Shown here in pieces: positions 61,116 through 64,000 of a stretch of 64,000 bases of DNA. The notes under the pieces were generated by a model. The model ran no database searches. It was not told the DNA's origin and worked only from the letters and a program-made list of their open reading frames with translations. The position numbers were made by a program, and so were the translations under genes. Source of the stretch: Massalongia carnosa (Eukaryota); contig OZ287071.1 of assembly GCA_965645245.1 (NCBI GenBank), positions 310,001 to 374,000 on the forward strand, given 5' to 3'. Position 1 is the first letter of the stretch, and each line of letters opens with the position of its first letter.

Positions 61116-62748
61116 ATGTCGAAGCCTCTAGGTCTGCAGATTTATCCGGGCAAGGGACTGGGCTTCATGAGTAGGCTCAGCGTGTTCTTACTCACCTACT
61201 TATTGATTCTTAACGATATGCGTAGTGTTGGGAGCTTCTTTACATGATATCTTGACACGAATCAAGGCGCAACCATACACATATCCAACAATCGACCTGG
61301 TGTACTCCCCTCAACAGCCGCTAGTCGAACCGGTGATATTAAATCTGCCTACAAATGGTCTTCGTCTTCGCTTTGATGGACCAGATCAAAGGCTTCGGCT
61401 GATTGAGGTTTACGACTTCACCAAGACGCAGCTAACCTATAAGGGCTTAGATCTTGTTAAGCTGCCTGACGCAAAACCATCCGCAAGTGCATATCACACC
61501 CTAATTGGCCTCACGGGCCCAAGCTTTCGGCATGTCTACAACAGATTGATGGGTCCAACGTTTCCTGGGGAGTACATTCCGCCCGTAGCTGGCTCTGAAT
61601 CCGATACGGGAGTATATGTCCTTTCATATCCTGGGATTGCATTTACATTTCCTTTACAGGATTCTGGATGGTCCTCCAAAGTTGATTTTGTGGCTCTTCT
61701 TTCTTCGAGTGCTGCTTCGCAAGCAGAATCGTTAGCTATATTTAACGGGCCATCATGGCAGGAAGCACGTGGAGATCTAATGGTACGAACATGTCCAAAT
61801 CCCCGATCTCTTGCTCTTTCTAGCCGGGGTAAAGAACTTCGCCCGGATGAAATCGATCTTATCAAAGTATGTGGCAACGGCAAAGTGGAGATGATGCGGA
61901 AATCTTCTCCTCCTTTCATTCTTACGCTGAGTGAAACAACTCCGCAAGATCTCGTTACAGAGTTAGGGCCACCAGATGCAATATACCGCAAGAATGATCG
62001 GAGATTATCGATTCATAAGACCCAGAAGAGGCGACAGACTCCTCATCAGCAACCATACGGGGCATCCCCAGCGAAATATGATGATATGACAGACACCGAT
62101 CAATCTTCTATTCACACCGCCAGCGATGAATCAGATGGGGACGAGAACCTAGTAACTTTGGATGAAAGACATGGCGATCTTTCTGCTGAATGTTTCTACA
62201 ACTATTTTCACCATGGATTTGACATTTTCATCTCCTATCCAACGATGCCTTCCCCTACTTTTCAGTCATCATCAACTCAAGGTATTCTGGCAACAGGATC
62301 CAAAGGGGTCGACCGTGTGGTGGCGACGAAGATACTGCTGCATGCTAATGTACCAGGGTCGTATCCTTTCAATCGATACCGTCGAAGCCGATGGGTGATC
62401 GATTCTCCCCCTTTACACCATGTGGATACTCCGCTTACATCCGAATCTAACTTCACTCATCTCTCGAACGCTTTACAGCAAATCTGGAAGAGTAGCTACG
62501 CTAGCGAGAACGAGGAGAAATCATTGCAACGGGGAATGGTGCTCAATCGAGGGTGGGGAGATAGTCCCGGAAGCAGTTGCGAGCTACTGGGTGGTTGGGA
62601 GGAGAGCGTGGACACGCAAAAGAACGGCTCTCACAACCCCTTGATTACCGGAGGGCCGGGCTCTGGTAACACCGAGCTTTTTGGATTCCCCGGCCTGGTG
62701 TTTGAAGTCCTGAAGAATGATTCCGTGAGCTGCCTCACGGTGTATTGA
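61116..62748 (+). CDS. UPF0183 / PHAF1 (C16orf70)-like protein; 2 exons
   Basis: 'IYPGKGLGF|.LGASLHDIL', 'NGLRLRFDGPDQRLRLIEV', 'GPTFPGEY', 'TTPQDLVTELGPPDAIYRKND.R', 'FYNYFHHGFDI', 'KILLHANVPGSYPFNRY.R'. Confidence 0.85.
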
Positions 62749-63139
62749 AATGCATGGCTGGCGAAGTAATGCTGGACTCTCAGTTAACGGCGTTAGAGGA
62801 GGATTCTACTAAATGTGTTTTAGAGATACCCCAACTCAATATAAGTTCACTTGATAGATATTTTGGGAGTAAATTAAATGCAAACCATAACCGGGTTCAG
62901 AGTAAGTCTTGAGGCGGTCTACTGGATTTTGGTTGAACTTTTGATGCACCATATTTCCGCTCTCTATTCATCTGGTTGACTAAATTATATCAAGTACTTA
63001 GGAGGAGATAGGTATTAAAGTCTAAGGGTTGTGTTATTCGAGATGAGCTTCGTACCCCTATTTATCGGCTCTGCGGGCCGTCTTCCTAAGCTCGCGTCCA
63101 AATCACCCTCGAACTGCAAGGGAGGTAAACAGCCATAGT

Positions 63140-64000
63140 ATGCTCCATTCTATTCGGACTTTCCCCAAATCGTGGTCGTCCACTTTGTCACTCCCAAAAT
63201 CGGCCTTTCCTCCACGAGCTCTCGTGGCAGATCAATCCAATTATCGCCAAAGGTGTACGGATGATCTTTACGCTTGGCAGAAAAGTCAGCGGAAAGGCAG
63301 AGATGGCTTCACGCTTCAAGACGGTCCACCTTATGCAAACGGAGATTTACATATTGGTCATGCATTGAATAAGATCCTAAAAGACATCACATGTCGCTTT
63401 CAACTATCTCAGGGAAAGCTTATTGATTTTGTGCCAGGATGGGATTGTCATGGACTTCCCATCGAGATCAAGGCGCTTCAGAAACAAAGGGAGCTCGGTG
63501 CGCTCACGGGTGATGAATGGCCAGCGGCTATATCTATCAGGAGAGCTGCAAGAGAGCTAGCAGCTGATACCGTGAATAAACAAAAGAGATCTTTCCAGGA
63601 ATGGGCGATAATGGCCGATTGGGAACATGCGTGGAAGACCATGGACAAGGATTTTGAGCTTAACCAGTTAGGAGTCTTCAAGACACTGGTCAAAAAAGGG
63701 TTGATTCATCGGAGGTTTAAACCCGTATATTGGTCGCCGTCATCAAGAACGGCACTGGCAGAGGCGGAATTAGACTATCAAGACCTCCATAAGTCCATGG
63801 CCGCTTTCGTCAAGTACCCCATGCAGGCATTCCCCCATTCGCTTACTGAAAAGCTGGGTGTTGACGGGAACGAAGTACATGCTGTCATCTGGACAACTAC
63901 CCCTTGGACCTTGCCGGCCAACAGGGCTATTGGTATACACTCTGATATAGAATACGCAGTTGTCAAATCTGCAAGTGATGGACTTCTATTGGTGGCCGCG
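63140..64000 (+). CDS. ISM1: Mitochondrial isoleucyl-tRNA synthetase, 5' part (runs off the window end)
   Basis: From ATG 63140: 'KSWSSTLSLPKSAFPPR...DGPPYANGDLHIGHALNKILKDI...PGWDCHGLPIEIK...KPVYWSPSSRTALAEAELDY...IWTTTPWTLPANRAI'. Confidence 0.93.
   Translation, partial: MLHSIRTFPKSWSSTLSLPKSAFPPRALVADQSNYRQRCTDDLYAWQKSQRKGRDGFTLQDGPPYANGDLHIGHALNKILKDITCRFQLSQGKLIDFVPGWDCHGLPIEIKALQKQRELGALTGDEWPAAISIRRAARELAADTVNKQKRSFQEWAIMADWEHAWKTMDKDFELNQLGVFKTLVKKGLIHRRFKPVYWSPSSRTALAEAELDYQDLHKSMAAFVKYPMQAFPHSLTEKLGVDGNEVHAVIWTTTPWTLPANRAIGIHSDIEYAVVKSASDGLLLVAA

Noticed and set aside
928..62644. Many antisense or alternative-frame ORFs overlapping called genes (e.g. 928-1371, 5556-6047, 20792-21451, 28301-28921, 47506-47913)
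   Set aside because: Shadow ORFs of real CDSs with no independent motif support.
63043..63138. Upstream ATG at 63043 as the IleRS start
   Set aside because: It reaches a TAG before the conserved region unless an unsupported intron is invoked. ATG 63140 gives a continuous frame.

Overview
Gene-dense, intron-containing genomic DNA from a filamentous ascomycete (Pezizomycotina). The assignment is inferred from short GT-AG introns with CTAAC-type branch points and from the gene content. There are about 28 protein-coding genes, mostly conserved housekeeping: NAT4, PIG-U/GAB1, NOP7, FPGS/MET7, Rab5-type GTPase, SAC1, RRN9, FPR2, cytochrome b5/IRC21-like, NBS1, RPEL protein, TRAX, PIG-M/GPI14, DNA polymerase kappa, TUM1, APC11, DJP1, ERG9, kinesin-5 BimC, UPF0183/PHAF1 and a partial mitochondrial IleRS. 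I found no CRISPR array, rRNA, tRNA, intact transposon or secondary-metabolite cluster. The most notable observations are: (1) about 20 copies of a 9-mer TAC(A/G)GAGTA, almost all intergenic and clustered in promoter regions as palindromes and tandem arrays; (2) a 'hypothetical' ORF that looks like a remote Atg31 homolog; (3) an F-box gene with an intact frame but two in-frame stops; (4) a candidate structured ncRNA near 23.4-23.8 kb; (5) a 13-exon dynamin-like GTPase. Exon boundaries were called by eye and family names come from motif recognition, not database searches.
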